NCBI GenBank assembly: GCA_027486675.1 | Contig: JAIXOQ010000024.1 | Coordinates: 1,332-65,331, forward strand | Direction: 5' to 3' | DNA from: Pseudomonadota bacterium | Lineage (GTDB): Bacteria; Bdellovibrionota; UBA1018; CAIMNF01 | DNA: 64,000 nt | Shown here: positions 39,571-49,390 of the stretch, in pieces | How the letters are laid out: each line of letters starts with the position of its first letter | How positions within the stretch are numbered: position 1 is the first letter of the stretch | Position numbers and translations under genes: made by a program | Notes under the pieces: generated by a model | What the model saw: only the letters and a program-made list of their open reading frames with translations | The model's database searches: none | What the model was told of the DNA's origin: nothing

Positions 39571-40553
39571 AGGGATACTTTGACTTCACCAACGAGGATG
39601 GTGTTTGCGATTTCTGGTTTGTCGATGAATAGAACAGGGCCTAAGCTGGCGCTGAAATGGCTGATTGGAGCCCAGCCGACTTGAATTTTCAGCTGGTCTT
39701 CTGCAGCTTGGTCAAAGTCGAAGTAACCGGTTCCATATTTACGGTCCGTGAGTAGGGTCAATGCTGTAGATAAAGACCAGACATCGTTGAAGCTATAGGC
39801 TATTGAGGGTTCAGCGATCAGCTGGAAGTCCGTCGTTTGATCTACTCCGCCCTCGTCATTTGGAGTCACATTCTGTAAATACCACCTTGGCGAAACAATG
39901 GTCAGCAAATCAAACGACCACTTGGGAAGATCTAGTTTGAAATTCCAGAAAGTATAAAAGTCGCTCCGCAGGAAAAGGGTGCTTTTTCGGGATCCCTCAG
40001 TTGTTGGAAGTTGAATCCTGACACGACCGCCCATGTTGGCAAAGTCAGTGTCGATCATGTTCGCCCAGTTGACGTAAAAGCGCAGGTCGTTCCAGGAGGT
40101 TTTTGCGGTTTTATTTCCTTGTTTGTCCCGTAACTCAGAATCCAGGTTTGTTTGACTAATTCCCAACTGAAATGCGGCCGACCAATCGGGAGCGAATGCG
40201 AGTCCTGCAGTGAGCACGTGGTTCAATTCCGCTTGGGCCTCGATCAGCTTGCTGTCAAAGGTGCGGCTGAAAGGCTCGCCCCAACGTGGGCCAATGTACT
40301 CAACGCTATAAGAGAGTATCGGCTTCCATTCGAAGGGTTTTTCGTCTTTGAGAGGTTTCACCGATCGGAGTTTCTTCCTTTTGTATTCGAACAGGGGAAG
40401 CACCCGTTCCGAGGGAAGTTTTCCAGGATAAAGGTCTGCCTCGGTCGGTGGAGTATTTGCGACTGCGGAGCCTCCTTGGGCAAAAGCGCCAGGCGCTTCA
40501 AAAACAGTCAAGAATAGAAACGACGCGAGTAGGGGTAGGTGGAGCCTTGCCAT
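39567..40553 (-). CDS. Secreted/outer-membrane hypothetical protein
   Basis: Signal peptide ..FEAPGAFAQG and a beta-strand-rich, aromatic-rich body. Confidence 0.45.
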   Translation of the reverse strand: MARLHLPLLASFLFLTVFEAPGAFAQGGSAVANTPPTEADLYPGKLPSERVLPLFEYKRKKLRSVKPLKDEKPFEWKPILSYSVEYIGPRWGEPFSRTFDSKLIEAQAELNHVLTAGLAFAPDWSAAFQLGISQTNLDSELRDKQGNKTAKTSWNDLRFYVNWANMIDTDFANMGGRVRIQLPTTEGSRKSTLFLRSDFYTFWNFKLDLPKWSFDLLTIVSPRWYLQNVTPNDEGGVDQTTDFQLIAEPSIAYSFNDVWSLSTALTLLTDRKYGTGYFDFDQAAEDQLKIQVGWAPISHFSASLGPVLFIDKPEIANTILVGEVKVSL

Positions 40554-40638
40554 ACATTAGAGGTTAACGACTGGAATCGATGCCTGCAATTTCATCCTCA
40601 TTCAAAATCAGTCTCCGAGGAGATAAGGTAGAGGTTCT

Positions 40639-42135
40639 ATGCAAGACTTAGGATCTATGGTTTCGATCGATTCTGGCAAAATGAACACCGGAGCCACCTT
40701 TATTATGGCCATGTGCGATTTCACTTCGAGGCAGGGGCTCATCGATCTACTGAAGGACCGCCCACAGGCAAAAGAGAAGCTTCAACTCGCGTTAAAAGAC
40801 ATTAAAAAGGACGATCCACGCAGCACAGTAGACCTCTTTATCCCGTTTGAAGGAGAGGGGGGCTTACGCGCACTTTTGGTGCGAAGCAAAGCGAAGCCCT
40901 TCTTGGTACACACGGAGGCACGTAAGCTCTTCACCCCATTTCTTTTGAATGACTCAGACCGTGTGATTCACTGCGTTATGCTGGGACTTCACGAGCTTGA
41001 GGCAGCCCAAGCGTTAGACACGTTGGTGTCGCTCGCGCTATTGGCAAGGCACCGAGGGCCAACCTACGGCAAGAAGAAGAAAGAGGAAAAGGACCTACGT
41101 ACTTTGACTTTGCTAGTGGACCATCCGCTGTCTTCGAAACTATTTGCCCGCACAGTCCAGCGAGCGAAGGTGCTTTCAGAGTCCACTAACCATGTACGTT
41201 TTTTAAGTGATCTACCCGGCAATGAACTCACACCTCGAAAGTATCGAGATCGATTGGAGGAGTTTGCTGCTAATTACGGGCTCGATTTTGATTTTATAGA
41301 CCGCAAAGAGCTTCGCAAGCGGGGAGCCCAGGCCTTTCTGGCTGTGGTGTCTGCGGATCCGGAGACAGATGCGGGAATCGTTATTTTGAAAAATCGCAGC
41401 AATGCAAAACGTAAAGTCAGCATCGTTGGCAAAGGACTTTGTTACGACACAGGTGGATACAGCATTAAAACAAGCACTGGAATGTTTGGAATGCATCAGG
41501 ATATGGCGGGATCCGCCGTAGCGCTTGCTACGCTGATTGCGCTTACGGAACTCGAAGTTGAAGTTCAGGCTGAGGCTTATCTTGCGATTGCAGAGAATCT
41601 CATTTCCCCGACTGCATATAAGCCAAACGATATTGTCGTTGCTGCCAATGGTGTTTCGATCGAGGTGGTCGACACGGATGCAGAAGGAAGAATGGTGTTA
41701 TCGGACACACTTGTGTTTGCGACGGAGCATCGTCCGGACTTGTGCATTGATTTTGCTACCCTGACGGGTGCTGCGGTCCGAGCGATCGATACACGTAGGT
41801 CGGTTGTTTTTAGTAACCAGGATGCGTTAGCCAAGAAAGCCGTCACGAGCGGGGATGATTGCGGCGAGCGTGTTTGGTCTTTTCCTATAGGTGAAGACTA
41901 CGAGGATGCGATCAAATCAGAATTTGCAGACGTGCGTCAGTGTGCAACCACAAATGCGGCTGACCATATTTATGCCGCAACTTTCTTGTCCAAATTTGTA
42001 AAAGAAGGCACACCTTGGCTGCATGTGGATCTAGCATCGGCAGAAAATAAAGGGGGCTTAGGCTTGGTCGGGACCACGACGACAGGATTTGGTGTTCGAT
42101 TGGCGGTAAATTTAGTTGAACAGTGGGAGCAGTGA
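40639..42135 (+). CDS. pepA: Leucyl aminopeptidase (M17)
   Basis: M17 motifs VGKGLCYDTGGYSIK, MHQDMAGSA and DTDAEGRMVLSD. Confidence 0.85.
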   Translation: MQDLGSMVSIDSGKMNTGATFIMAMCDFTSRQGLIDLLKDRPQAKEKLQLALKDIKKDDPRSTVDLFIPFEGEGGLRALLVRSKAKPFLVHTEARKLFTPFLLNDSDRVIHCVMLGLHELEAAQALDTLVSLALLARHRGPTYGKKKKEEKDLRTLTLLVDHPLSSKLFARTVQRAKVLSESTNHVRFLSDLPGNELTPRKYRDRLEEFAANYGLDFDFIDRKELRKRGAQAFLAVVSADPETDAGIVILKNRSNAKRKVSIVGKGLCYDTGGYSIKTSTGMFGMHQDMAGSAVALATLIALTELEVEVQAEAYLAIAENLISPTAYKPNDIVVAANGVSIEVVDTDAEGRMVLSDTLVFATEHRPDLCIDFATLTGAAVRAIDTRRSVVFSNQDALAKKAVTSGDDCGERVWSFPIGEDYEDAIKSEFADVRQCATTNAADHIYAATFLSKFVKEGTPWLHVDLASAENKGGLGLVGTTTTGFGVRLAVNLVEQWEQ

Positions 42136-42157
42136 TTCTTAGATTGAAGGGATTTTT

Positions 42158-42448
42158 ATGATGATCGGTCTTCTGGTTTTGGTTTTAAATTCTTACGCCA
42201 ACGAACAAAAAAGTGAAAAGTCGCGTCCCTGCAAAGAGATCGCAACCGCCTGTGAAGCGGCGGGCTTTAAAAAAGGCGGCCACAAAGAAAAAAAAGGGCT
42301 CTACATCGATTGCATGCGCAAACTTGAGGCGGGTGAATCCGTTGAAGGGGTGAGTGTGAGTTCCGATTTGGTGAAAGACTGTAAGGACCGAAGAGAAGAG
42401 CGGAAGACAAAGAAAGCTGTCAGCAGTAAACCTACTCCTTCTTCGTAG
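42158..42448 (+). CDS. Small secreted Lys-rich 4-Cys protein
   Basis: Hydrophobic N-terminus and four Cys (C-x7-C ... C-x23-C). Loosely PsiF-like. Confidence 0.4.
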   Translation: MMIGLLVLVLNSYANEQKSEKSRPCKEIATACEAAGFKKGGHKEKKGLYIDCMRKLEAGESVEGVSVSSDLVKDCKDRREERKTKKAVSSKPTPSS

Positions 42449-42746
42449 GGCCCGCAGAAGGCATTGCGTCAATTGGAATGCCCGATTCCTCGCGTGCGAC
42501 AAATTCTGTGATCCCGCTATTTTTAGAGACCACTTTCTTCATGGCGTCAGAGAATGACCCCTGTGGAGAAGGAGTGTCCGTGTTTCGCACTAGTTGATTC
42601 ATGTCCTGAGAAGCGCGGTCGATTTGGCTTTGCACGGATTGTTCTGGTTGAATTGAACTAAATCTCGAGTGCATCTTTCCGAGTGTGAGGTAGGTTCCCC
42701 ACACTAAGGCTAATGTCAAAAATGACACGCTCACGAAAGATCGCAT
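42432..42746 (-). CDS. Membrane-anchored hypothetical protein
   Basis: The start at MRSFVSVSFLTLALVW gives a signal-anchor. It shares the VSFLT and G-x-[FL]-SDA-x-[KR]-KV motifs with the 43632-44273 product. Confidence 0.4.
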   Translation of the reverse strand: MRSFVSVSFLTLALVWGTYLTLGKMHSRFSSIQPEQSVQSQIDRASQDMNQLVRNTDTPSPQGSFSDAMKKVVSKNSGITEFVAREESGIPIDAMPSAGPTKKE

Positions 42747-42822
42747 CCCTCCATTATCAGCTAAAACTGTCAAGAATGCGAGGGGCCCCATTTCGCCCTT
42801 CTGTTAAGATATTCTTATCAAG

Positions 42823-43665
42823 ATGGGTGTCGATGATCTCTCTGATATCATTACGTTTTATTCCAAGAATGGGGAGCGCCAAAGGAACGAACGTAACCAG
42901 CTTGAGTTCGCCCTCACATTGGGTGTGTTTGGTGCCCTGATTCCACCCGGGGCCCGGGTTTTAGAATTAGGTGCGGGAGCTGGTTTCTTCACTGCCCACC
43001 TGGCTTTGGCGGGTCATAGCGTCACAGCGGTGGAAATCACTCCTCAGCTGCTGAAGCAGAATCAGAGTTTGATTTCAGAGCTCGAAGAACGATCGAAGAA
43101 GAACCTTCAAGTGAATTTTATAGAAGATGACGCGCGTGTATTGAGTCAGCTGCCCGCCGGGCACTTTGACGTGATCTTAAATATGGGTCCGCTGTATCAC
43201 TTGGTCGAAGATCAAGATCGAATAGCTTCAATGAACGCAATGGCCCAATTCGCCCATGAAAAGACCGTTTTCTTAAGCGCAGTCCTCCATCGGGTCGGTT
43301 ATCTCAGTTACATCTTAAAAAATCAGCCTCAGTTTCTGACATTCCATGAGTCCTGGGTAGAAGAGGTCATGCAGCATGGGCACTACCTCAATCATCCTAA
43401 AGATGGAACGTTTCGGGGGCACTTCTATGATCTGGCAGAAGTGGTGGAGTTGCATGACCGGGCAGGGTTTGAACTGGAGTCCGTGCTGACGCTTGATCCG
43501 AACTTAGGGGCCAGCGATGAGATCTTCAATTCTTTGGATGAAGAAGCAAAGGCCAGATGGGTCCGCTATCTTTTACAAAAGATCTCGGACCCCCAGTTTT
43601 TACATACAGGAAGAACATGGCTTGCTGTAAGTCATCTAAAGTCTGGGTCAGGCAGTAAGGCTTGA
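42823..43665 (+). CDS. Class I SAM-dependent methyltransferase
   Basis: Motif I VLELGAGAGFF, plus motif II/III spacing. Confidence 0.75.
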   Translation: MGVDDLSDIITFYSKNGERQRNERNQLEFALTLGVFGALIPPGARVLELGAGAGFFTAHLALAGHSVTAVEITPQLLKQNQSLISELEERSKKNLQVNFIEDDARVLSQLPAGHFDVILNMGPLYHLVEDQDRIASMNAMAQFAHEKTVFLSAVLHRVGYLSYILKNQPQFLTFHESWVEEVMQHGHYLNHPKDGTFRGHFYDLAEVVELHDRAGFELESVLTLDPNLGASDEIFNSLDEEAKARWVRYLLQKISDPQFLHTGRTWLAVSHLKSGSGSKA

Positions 43666-44273
43666 AGTTTTTCATGCCCCTCGGGGAGTCGATCCGCTAA
43701 CTCTCGGAGTGTCACATGTTCATCCCGGAATTTTGCCTTAGGTAATACCTCTAGGATCTGCGCGATGGTTTGAATGGCTACGGAAGGCTCAGAAATCATT
43801 GAATTGAAGTAATCGGCTTCAAGACGTGCGGCACCTGGAATTTGGTCTGGGTAGCGTTTCATGAGCAAGTAACGCCTAAGTGTCTGCCCCTCTACGGATG
43901 AAGGGAAAGCCCTCTCTATTTCTCTGTCGTCCTCAGTGCGTTGCATCCGATCGATTTCTCTCTCGACCAAGGCTGCTTCATAAGCGCCTGGGTCAAGGTC
44001 TGCATTGTTGCCAGCCCGGAGCTTCGTGGGTTCAGAGTTGTCTGAAGCATAGTTGAGCTGATCTTGACCTAGAACTTTGCGCACAGCGTCAGACAAGGGT
44101 CCGCGACCCAGCCTAAATTCGGGATCAGAGACCATTTGGGTGAGAGATTGTGGGCCCGACTGTGAAGAAGAGTGAACACTGTCTTGGTCAAATAGCGTAT
44201 ATGCGATTAAAACGACGATCACAGTCAGAAATGACACAGGTATCAGGGCTCTCACCTTCTTGATTATCTTCAA
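43632..44273 (-). CDS. Membrane-anchored hypothetical protein
   Basis: TTG start, signal-anchor IPVSFLTVIVVLIAY. N-terminal module paralogous to the 42432-42746 product. Confidence 0.45.
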   Translation of the reverse strand: MKIIKKVRALIPVSFLTVIVVLIAYTLFDQDSVHSSSQSGPQSLTQMVSDPEFRLGRGPLSDAVRKVLGQDQLNYASDNSEPTKLRAGNNADLDPGAYEAALVEREIDRMQRTEDDREIERAFPSSVEGQTLRRYLLMKRYPDQIPGAARLEADYFNSMISEPSVAIQTIAQILEVLPKAKFRDEHVTLRELADRLPEGHEKLQALLPDPDFR

Positions 44274-44291
44274 AGAGTGGGAAATCGAAAA

Positions 44292-45509
44292 ATGAATAAA
44301 AAAAGCAGGGGAATCCTTTTTCTAAGTTTTCTCTTTTTTGCGTTTCAGGCACCGAGTTCTCAGGCGGGACCTTCACGCGATAAGGCGAATACACTTTTTA
44401 ACCGGATCGCGGGTATTCCTCCAAGCGCAGCCCAGCTGGATCAAATGGAAGGCCTCATCAGTGAAGGTAAGTGGCGGGACGCAGCTTATGTCGCAATCGC
44501 GGCACCTAGCTTTTATAATCTCACTTTAAAGATCTTTGCGGCACCCAAGGCGAACGTCGCTAAAGCAATCGACATCACTTTAAATGACTACATAGCGCTT
44601 GTGATTGGGATGGTGCGGGACAACGTACCGTTTAATGAAGTGCTGACAACAGACAGATATTACATTGGCGCTCCTGGACTTACGGGAGTGACAGCATGGG
44701 CAAGGCGCGTCGATGACAATGGAAATTCCAGGTACGACCGGAATGATCACTACGTTTCTTTGGAGCGTAATCGCATCGACCTCAGTAATCCAGCCAACTT
44801 CATCAGCGTATCGCAATCAGCGCCCGAGTATATCGGAGTGCCTTCTGCTGGTGTGATCACAACGCGTGGTTTCGCTGAAGCCTATTATTCTGCAGGAACG
44901 AACCGTCGTCCCTTTGCAGTGGGGTTGATGGATGCATTTTTGTGCACACCTCCTGAAATGTACAAAGATACGATCGTGCCGGACACTTACGTCAGACGAG
45001 ACGTGGATCGTGCTCCGGGGGGTGAATCAGCCGAATACTTAAACAAATGTAAAGGCTGTCATGCACTTCAAGATCCAATGACTAAGGCGTTTGCGTACTT
45101 AGATTTTAACAATGACGCACTTTCCTTTTCGGCAGGACAGGTCAGGGATAAAATGAAACGTAACCAGAACGTTTTTCCTTCCGGTTCGGAAGTACTTGAT
45201 GACCAGTGGGTCAATCTTTTCACGACCGGCAAGAATGCGGCGATCGGGTGGAGAGTTCCTGAGGGATATTCCACTTTCTTAAACGGCACAGGACATAAAT
45301 CCCTCGGAGCGACGCTTGCTGCAACTAAGGCGTTTTCCAGGTGCACCGTGAAGAAGATCTTCCAACAGGTCTGTCTGCGTGCTCCTAGCAGTGAAGACCA
45401 AGCTTTTATTGATCAAGTGGTGGAAGCATTTGAGGCTCCACAAGGCAGTCCTGCAATCAAGTACAACTTAAAGCACGTTTATGCTGAGGTTTCAAAATGC
45501 GTACAGTAA
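44292..45509 (+). CDS. Secreted CxxCH protein, DUF1588/DUF1585-like arrangement
   Basis: Signal peptide MNKKSRGILFLSFLFFAFQAPSSQA. The segment SAGVITTRGF..FLCTPPE..CKGCHALQDP (CxxCH at 45048-45062) recalls planctomycete-type CxxCH-x3-DP proteins. Confidence 0.6.
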   Translation: MNKKSRGILFLSFLFFAFQAPSSQAGPSRDKANTLFNRIAGIPPSAAQLDQMEGLISEGKWRDAAYVAIAAPSFYNLTLKIFAAPKANVAKAIDITLNDYIALVIGMVRDNVPFNEVLTTDRYYIGAPGLTGVTAWARRVDDNGNSRYDRNDHYVSLERNRIDLSNPANFISVSQSAPEYIGVPSAGVITTRGFAEAYYSAGTNRRPFAVGLMDAFLCTPPEMYKDTIVPDTYVRRDVDRAPGGESAEYLNKCKGCHALQDPMTKAFAYLDFNNDALSFSAGQVRDKMKRNQNVFPSGSEVLDDQWVNLFTTGKNAAIGWRVPEGYSTFLNGTGHKSLGATLAATKAFSRCTVKKIFQQVCLRAPSSEDQAFIDQVVEAFEAPQGSPAIKYNLKHVYAEVSKCVQ

Positions 45510-46132
45510 TACGGATCAGTTTGCTTTCCATCCTTGTGGCCAATACTTACGGCTGTTCCGAAAGAAAGATCTTTCAGCAGAGCTCTTCGGGAAGTGAATC
45601 TTCCTCTTTAGAAGCGAATCTGGAAAGTTCTCAAGGCATGAAAACCTCAGAACAACTCCTGATCAGCTTCGCAGCCCTGACCGGTATACCCGCGTCAAAT
45701 AATGCGGTGAATACAACCTACGTCAGCGTGAAGTCGCAGCTGCCGTACGAAAATGCAATGAGTAGCTTTCAAGCTTCCAGCCAGATGGCCGTGTTCAAAT
45801 TGGCCTCTGAGTTTTGTTTGGAGCTAGCAAAGGATGCTATGAAGCGTGGCGCATTTGCCCCTGGACTGAACTTCGCTTTGGCTCCGGCCGCAGCCTACAC
45901 TCCGGCCGTGCGTTCAGCGATGATCAACGCATTCATGAGTAAATTTTGGGGAGAAGGACTCTCCAATAGTCCAGATCGTTCCGAGGCCTTAAGCACCTAC
46001 CAGGACCTACTCAGCTCACTCATGCCGGGTGCGCCAGAGTCAACGACTCCAGCGAGCGCGACTGGTACAGCTTCCATCTTTTCGGGTGTCTGTGCTGGCG
46101 TCTTGGCAAGTTCAACACCTTCGTTTCAATAA
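45497..46132 (+). CDS. Lipoprotein, unknown function
   Basis: Lipobox NTYGC. Helical Ala-rich body. 13-nt overlap with the upstream gene. Confidence 0.5.
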   Translation: MRTVIRISLLSILVANTYGCSERKIFQQSSSGSESSSLEANLESSQGMKTSEQLLISFAALTGIPASNNAVNTTYVSVKSQLPYENAMSSFQASSQMAVFKLASEFCLELAKDAMKRGAFAPGLNFALAPAAAYTPAVRSAMINAFMSKFWGEGLSNSPDRSEALSTYQDLLSSLMPGAPESTTPASATGTASIFSGVCAGVLASSTPSFQ

Positions 46133-46161
46133 CAAAAAAGAATTTTAAGAGGGATAAGAAG

Positions 46162-47658
46162 ATGAGCATCAAAATTAAAGTAAGTCAGACGAAAGACAAC
46201 GATCCAAACAAAGGGCACGGCGCACCTACAAACCGTAGGGAATTTATTTCCCGTACCGCAGGGTTTGGGATGCTGACCATGGTGGCACCAACGATCCTCA
46301 CTCAATTCGCCAAAGGTGCGATTGCGCAGGGAGTCACTTCTTGCCCTGCTCCAAACCGGCCCAATACTTTACCCCTCTACGTCGTTGACGTTGCCGGAGG
46401 CTATAGTGTTGCAACAAACTTCATTCCTAAAAATCAGGCGGGAGAATTATTAGCAAGCTACAGGATTCATGGTATTGCACCTGAAAATCATCCATCCCTA
46501 CCCGGAAAAGCTGCAGATGCCTCCATTGGTATTGATATGCACAAGTCGAGTGGCTTTCTTGCAGGATTAACCGAGGCTACTTCTGACTCTGTTCGGCAGA
46601 GGATCGATGGTGGTTTTTTCGCGATCAATAGCGCGGACGATACTTCGAGCAACCAATTTAGCGTGAACTACATCGCTGCTGCAGCTGGAGCCGTAGGAAC
46701 CCTGATTCCATCCATGGGATCATCAGGAACTATTTCTGGTGGACGCCAAGCGGCAAACCCAGCCTACTATCGCTCACAACATAGGCCGGTTGTTATCGGC
46801 AGTGTGAATGATGCCCTTGCACTTGCGAATTACGGAAAACTTGCAACGAACTTAGGGTTAAAGGGTGCTGAACGGGTATCGCGTGCGGTTGCAAGCATGT
46901 CCTCAAGCGCACTCAATCGTTTTAGCGATCAAGTCGTTTCGAAGCAGCTGAAGGATCTGGTTTCGTGTGCGTACAGCGATCAGGCAAAACTTCCTCTTGA
47001 AAATACGGCCGCAAATATTGACCCCCGTCTCAACACCTCAATTACTTCAGCTTTTCCAAATATTGCAGGTAGTCAAAACCAGGCTAAGTTTGCGACAGCA
47101 GTGAGTCTGGTATCGAGTGGTCTTGCGGGCCAAGCAGTGCTCACCATTGGTGGCGGCGATTATCATGGCGACACACGCACGGATCAAGACTTGAAGGATA
47201 AAGAAATTGGTGACCTCGTGGGTAGGATCTTTGCCGCTCATGCAAATCTTGGAATTCCTGCCGTAGTGATTGTGGTCACTGATGGTTCAACGTCTTCTGG
47301 TGGTGGAATTCAACCCGACGCAACAACCGGAAACTTCCAGCAAACTAGTGATAACGGGAACCAAGGTGCAGCTGTGATGCTTGCGTTTAATCCTTTAGCC
47401 ACCCGAGCTCAAAAAGCGATCACCCGTAAACGTCAGGCAGGGTGGTTTAGAAATAACTCCCTCACTAATACCAACACGGGTGTAGATACCCGCTCGAGTG
47501 CGATTGCAAACGACGTCCCTAGGGCAGCGGTCGCCTTTGTAGCAAACTATCTAGCTTTGATGGGACGCGAAGGGGAATTAGCCTCCATTTTGGGTGGATC
47601 AAGCCCACTGAGCAATTCTCAGTTAGATGAAATTTTGCTCTTTAACAAGATCACATAA
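46162..47658 (+). CDS. Twin-arginine-signal-like protein, distantly DUF1501-like
   Basis: NRREFISRTAGFGMLTMVAP (46231-46251) resembles a Tat signal. GGGDYH at 47149-47166 resembles the GGWDTH motif of DUF1501 (alkaline-phosphatase-superfamily) proteins. Confidence 0.55.
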   Translation: MSIKIKVSQTKDNDPNKGHGAPTNRREFISRTAGFGMLTMVAPTILTQFAKGAIAQGVTSCPAPNRPNTLPLYVVDVAGGYSVATNFIPKNQAGELLASYRIHGIAPENHPSLPGKAADASIGIDMHKSSGFLAGLTEATSDSVRQRIDGGFFAINSADDTSSNQFSVNYIAAAAGAVGTLIPSMGSSGTISGGRQAANPAYYRSQHRPVVIGSVNDALALANYGKLATNLGLKGAERVSRAVASMSSSALNRFSDQVVSKQLKDLVSCAYSDQAKLPLENTAANIDPRLNTSITSAFPNIAGSQNQAKFATAVSLVSSGLAGQAVLTIGGGDYHGDTRTDQDLKDKEIGDLVGRIFAAHANLGIPAVVIVVTDGSTSSGGGIQPDATTGNFQQTSDNGNQGAAVMLAFNPLATRAQKAITRKRQAGWFRNNSLTNTNTGVDTRSSAIANDVPRAAVAFVANYLALMGREGELASILGGSSPLSNSQLDEILLFNKIT

Positions 47659-47672
47659 GGAAAAGTGTAATC

Positions 47673-48815
47673 ATGATGCGAATCACGAAGGCCGCATTCA
47701 CTTTGGCTGTCTGGGGGATTCTGACTGGATGTCAGGATCCGACGTTGACCTTTCAGTCTGAGTCGGAGCAGTCTGCACTCAACTCCCAGGGCGGATCCGA
47801 CAACTCAAGTCTTGCCTTCCAGCAAACCGTCTACCCATTGCTTAGGCAAAACTGTGCCGGATGCCATGGGGCAAACCAATCCCCACTCTTTGCATCCGCT
47901 AATGTGAATACTGCCTATTCTGAGGTCATCTCGACAGGCAAAGTCAATTTCGATGCTCCGTCGACTTCGCGCCTCGTTCAACGCTTGTCGGGGGATCTCC
48001 ACAACTGTTGGGGAAATTGCGACACTAACGCAAGTTTGATGCTTACCAAGATTCAGGACTGGATCAGCCAGGGCGGTGGAGGTGGGGTTTCAAATCGGGT
48101 GTTTTCCGCTGAGGTCGTAGTGCCCGCAAACTTAAGCACGACTGCGCAAGACATGAGCTTCCCGATCGCAAGCGTCTTTAATCCGCAGATTGCGGGTGCT
48201 CGAGTTTTAGTATCGGTCGTAGATACTGCGGGCGGCGCCTATCGCTTAAGTAATCCTAGGTTGATTAAGGATGCTGCAGGCGGAGTTGTTCCAATTGCAC
48301 TTCAAAGCATTCGTGTACTCAATAACAGTCTGTTTGATCCGACGACAACGACGTGGGATCTCGTATCCAAGATCCTAAATATCACTACCACTGCTGCAAA
48401 CAATCAGGTGACAGCCAGTAGCTTGTTGATTTTAAAGAGTGCCGGTCCTGGAGTGGATCGTCTAAAGATGAGTTTCGCAATTCTTGACTATGCCAATAGT
48501 CCAGGTCTTGCCGCGAGCCGCTTCGCCGCAGTGAAGCAGCTGGTTCAGGGACGATGCACCTCGTGTCACAACTCTGGAAACGCACGTGGTGGCGTGGAAT
48601 TAGATGGTCTTCTGACTGAAGCTGACTTTCTAAATGCCACGATCAAAGGTCGCGACTGGGTAGTACCTGGACCCTGTGCGGCCGGCGGCTGTAATAATTC
48701 TTACTTCTGGGATGTGATAGCGGGTCCAGGGGGCACTATGCCTACTAACCCGCAAGGTGCAGAGCGTGCGGTTCTTGGCGCTCAGATCCGGACTTGGATT
48801 GAAGGAATCCAGTAG
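47673..48815 (+). CDS. Lipoprotein with two planctomycete-type cytochrome-c-like (PSCyt-like) CxxCH motifs
   Basis: Lipobox ILTGC. LLRQNCAGCHG (47853-47867) and GRCTSCHNSGNARGGVELD (48555-48569) match the C-x2-C-H...GG-[LV]-x-L pattern. Confidence 0.6.
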   Translation: MMRITKAAFTLAVWGILTGCQDPTLTFQSESEQSALNSQGGSDNSSLAFQQTVYPLLRQNCAGCHGANQSPLFASANVNTAYSEVISTGKVNFDAPSTSRLVQRLSGDLHNCWGNCDTNASLMLTKIQDWISQGGGGGVSNRVFSAEVVVPANLSTTAQDMSFPIASVFNPQIAGARVLVSVVDTAGGAYRLSNPRLIKDAAGGVVPIALQSIRVLNNSLFDPTTTTWDLVSKILNITTTAANNQVTASSLLILKSAGPGVDRLKMSFAILDYANSPGLAASRFAAVKQLVQGRCTSCHNSGNARGGVELDGLLTEADFLNATIKGRDWVVPGPCAAGGCNNSYFWDVIAGPGGTMPTNPQGAERAVLGAQIRTWIEGIQ

Positions 48816-48828
48816 TTAGAATAAAGAC

Positions 48829-49371
48829 ATGGGTCTTCATTTCCTATCTTTCCTTGTGATGATCTTCGGTACTGACATACATGCGGCCGAAAAAAAGGGC
48901 GTTGAGTTTACTGTTTCTCTAAGCCCAGCTGGGTCATTCACGGCCCGATCAGACGCGCTCAGTGGTCAAGCCTTGGTCCGAAAGTCTGGACTCATCGTTG
49001 TTAAAAACGCAGAAATTCCAGTGAAAAGCCTTAAAACGGGTATCACCCTTCGGGATGATCACATGAATGACAAATACTTTGAGGCTGCAAAGTTTCCAAA
49101 AGTTGCGCTGATTCTTGGTTTAGGACAAAAGGGAAAATTTAAAGGGAAGCTGAACTGCCATGGAAAAGTAGGAGTCGTTGAGGGCACCTACGGATTTAAA
49201 GGGCCACTCCTCATTGCAAAGTTCAAGACAACCCTCAGTGCGTACGGGATCCAAGAAGTGAGCTGGAAAGGGATCGGCGTCGACGATGAAATCGAAGTTG
49301 AAGTCGCGTTGCCGTGGGTCAGGAAAGAGGCCGCACCGAATGAAAAGGATGTAGACCCTGAGTTGGTCTAA
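48829..49371 (+). CDS. YceI-like periplasmic protein
   Basis: Signal peptide. LKTGITLRDDHMNDKYFEAAKFPKVAL matches the YceI t-g-x3-RD-x-H-x5-F-x4-[KF]P motif. Confidence 0.6.
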   Translation: MGLHFLSFLVMIFGTDIHAAEKKGVEFTVSLSPAGSFTARSDALSGQALVRKSGLIVVKNAEIPVKSLKTGITLRDDHMNDKYFEAAKFPKVALILGLGQKGKFKGKLNCHGKVGVVEGTYGFKGPLLIAKFKTTLSAYGIQEVSWKGIGVDDEIEVEVALPWVRKEAAPNEKDVDPELV

Positions 49372-49390
49372 GCGCGGTCACGGTGCGTTT

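Noticed and set aside
40571-40590. TGGAAT...TGCA sequence upstream of pepA that resembles a sigma-54 promoter
   Set aside because: The GG-to-GC spacing is 11 nt rather than the strict 10, and the -12 element is not TTGC.
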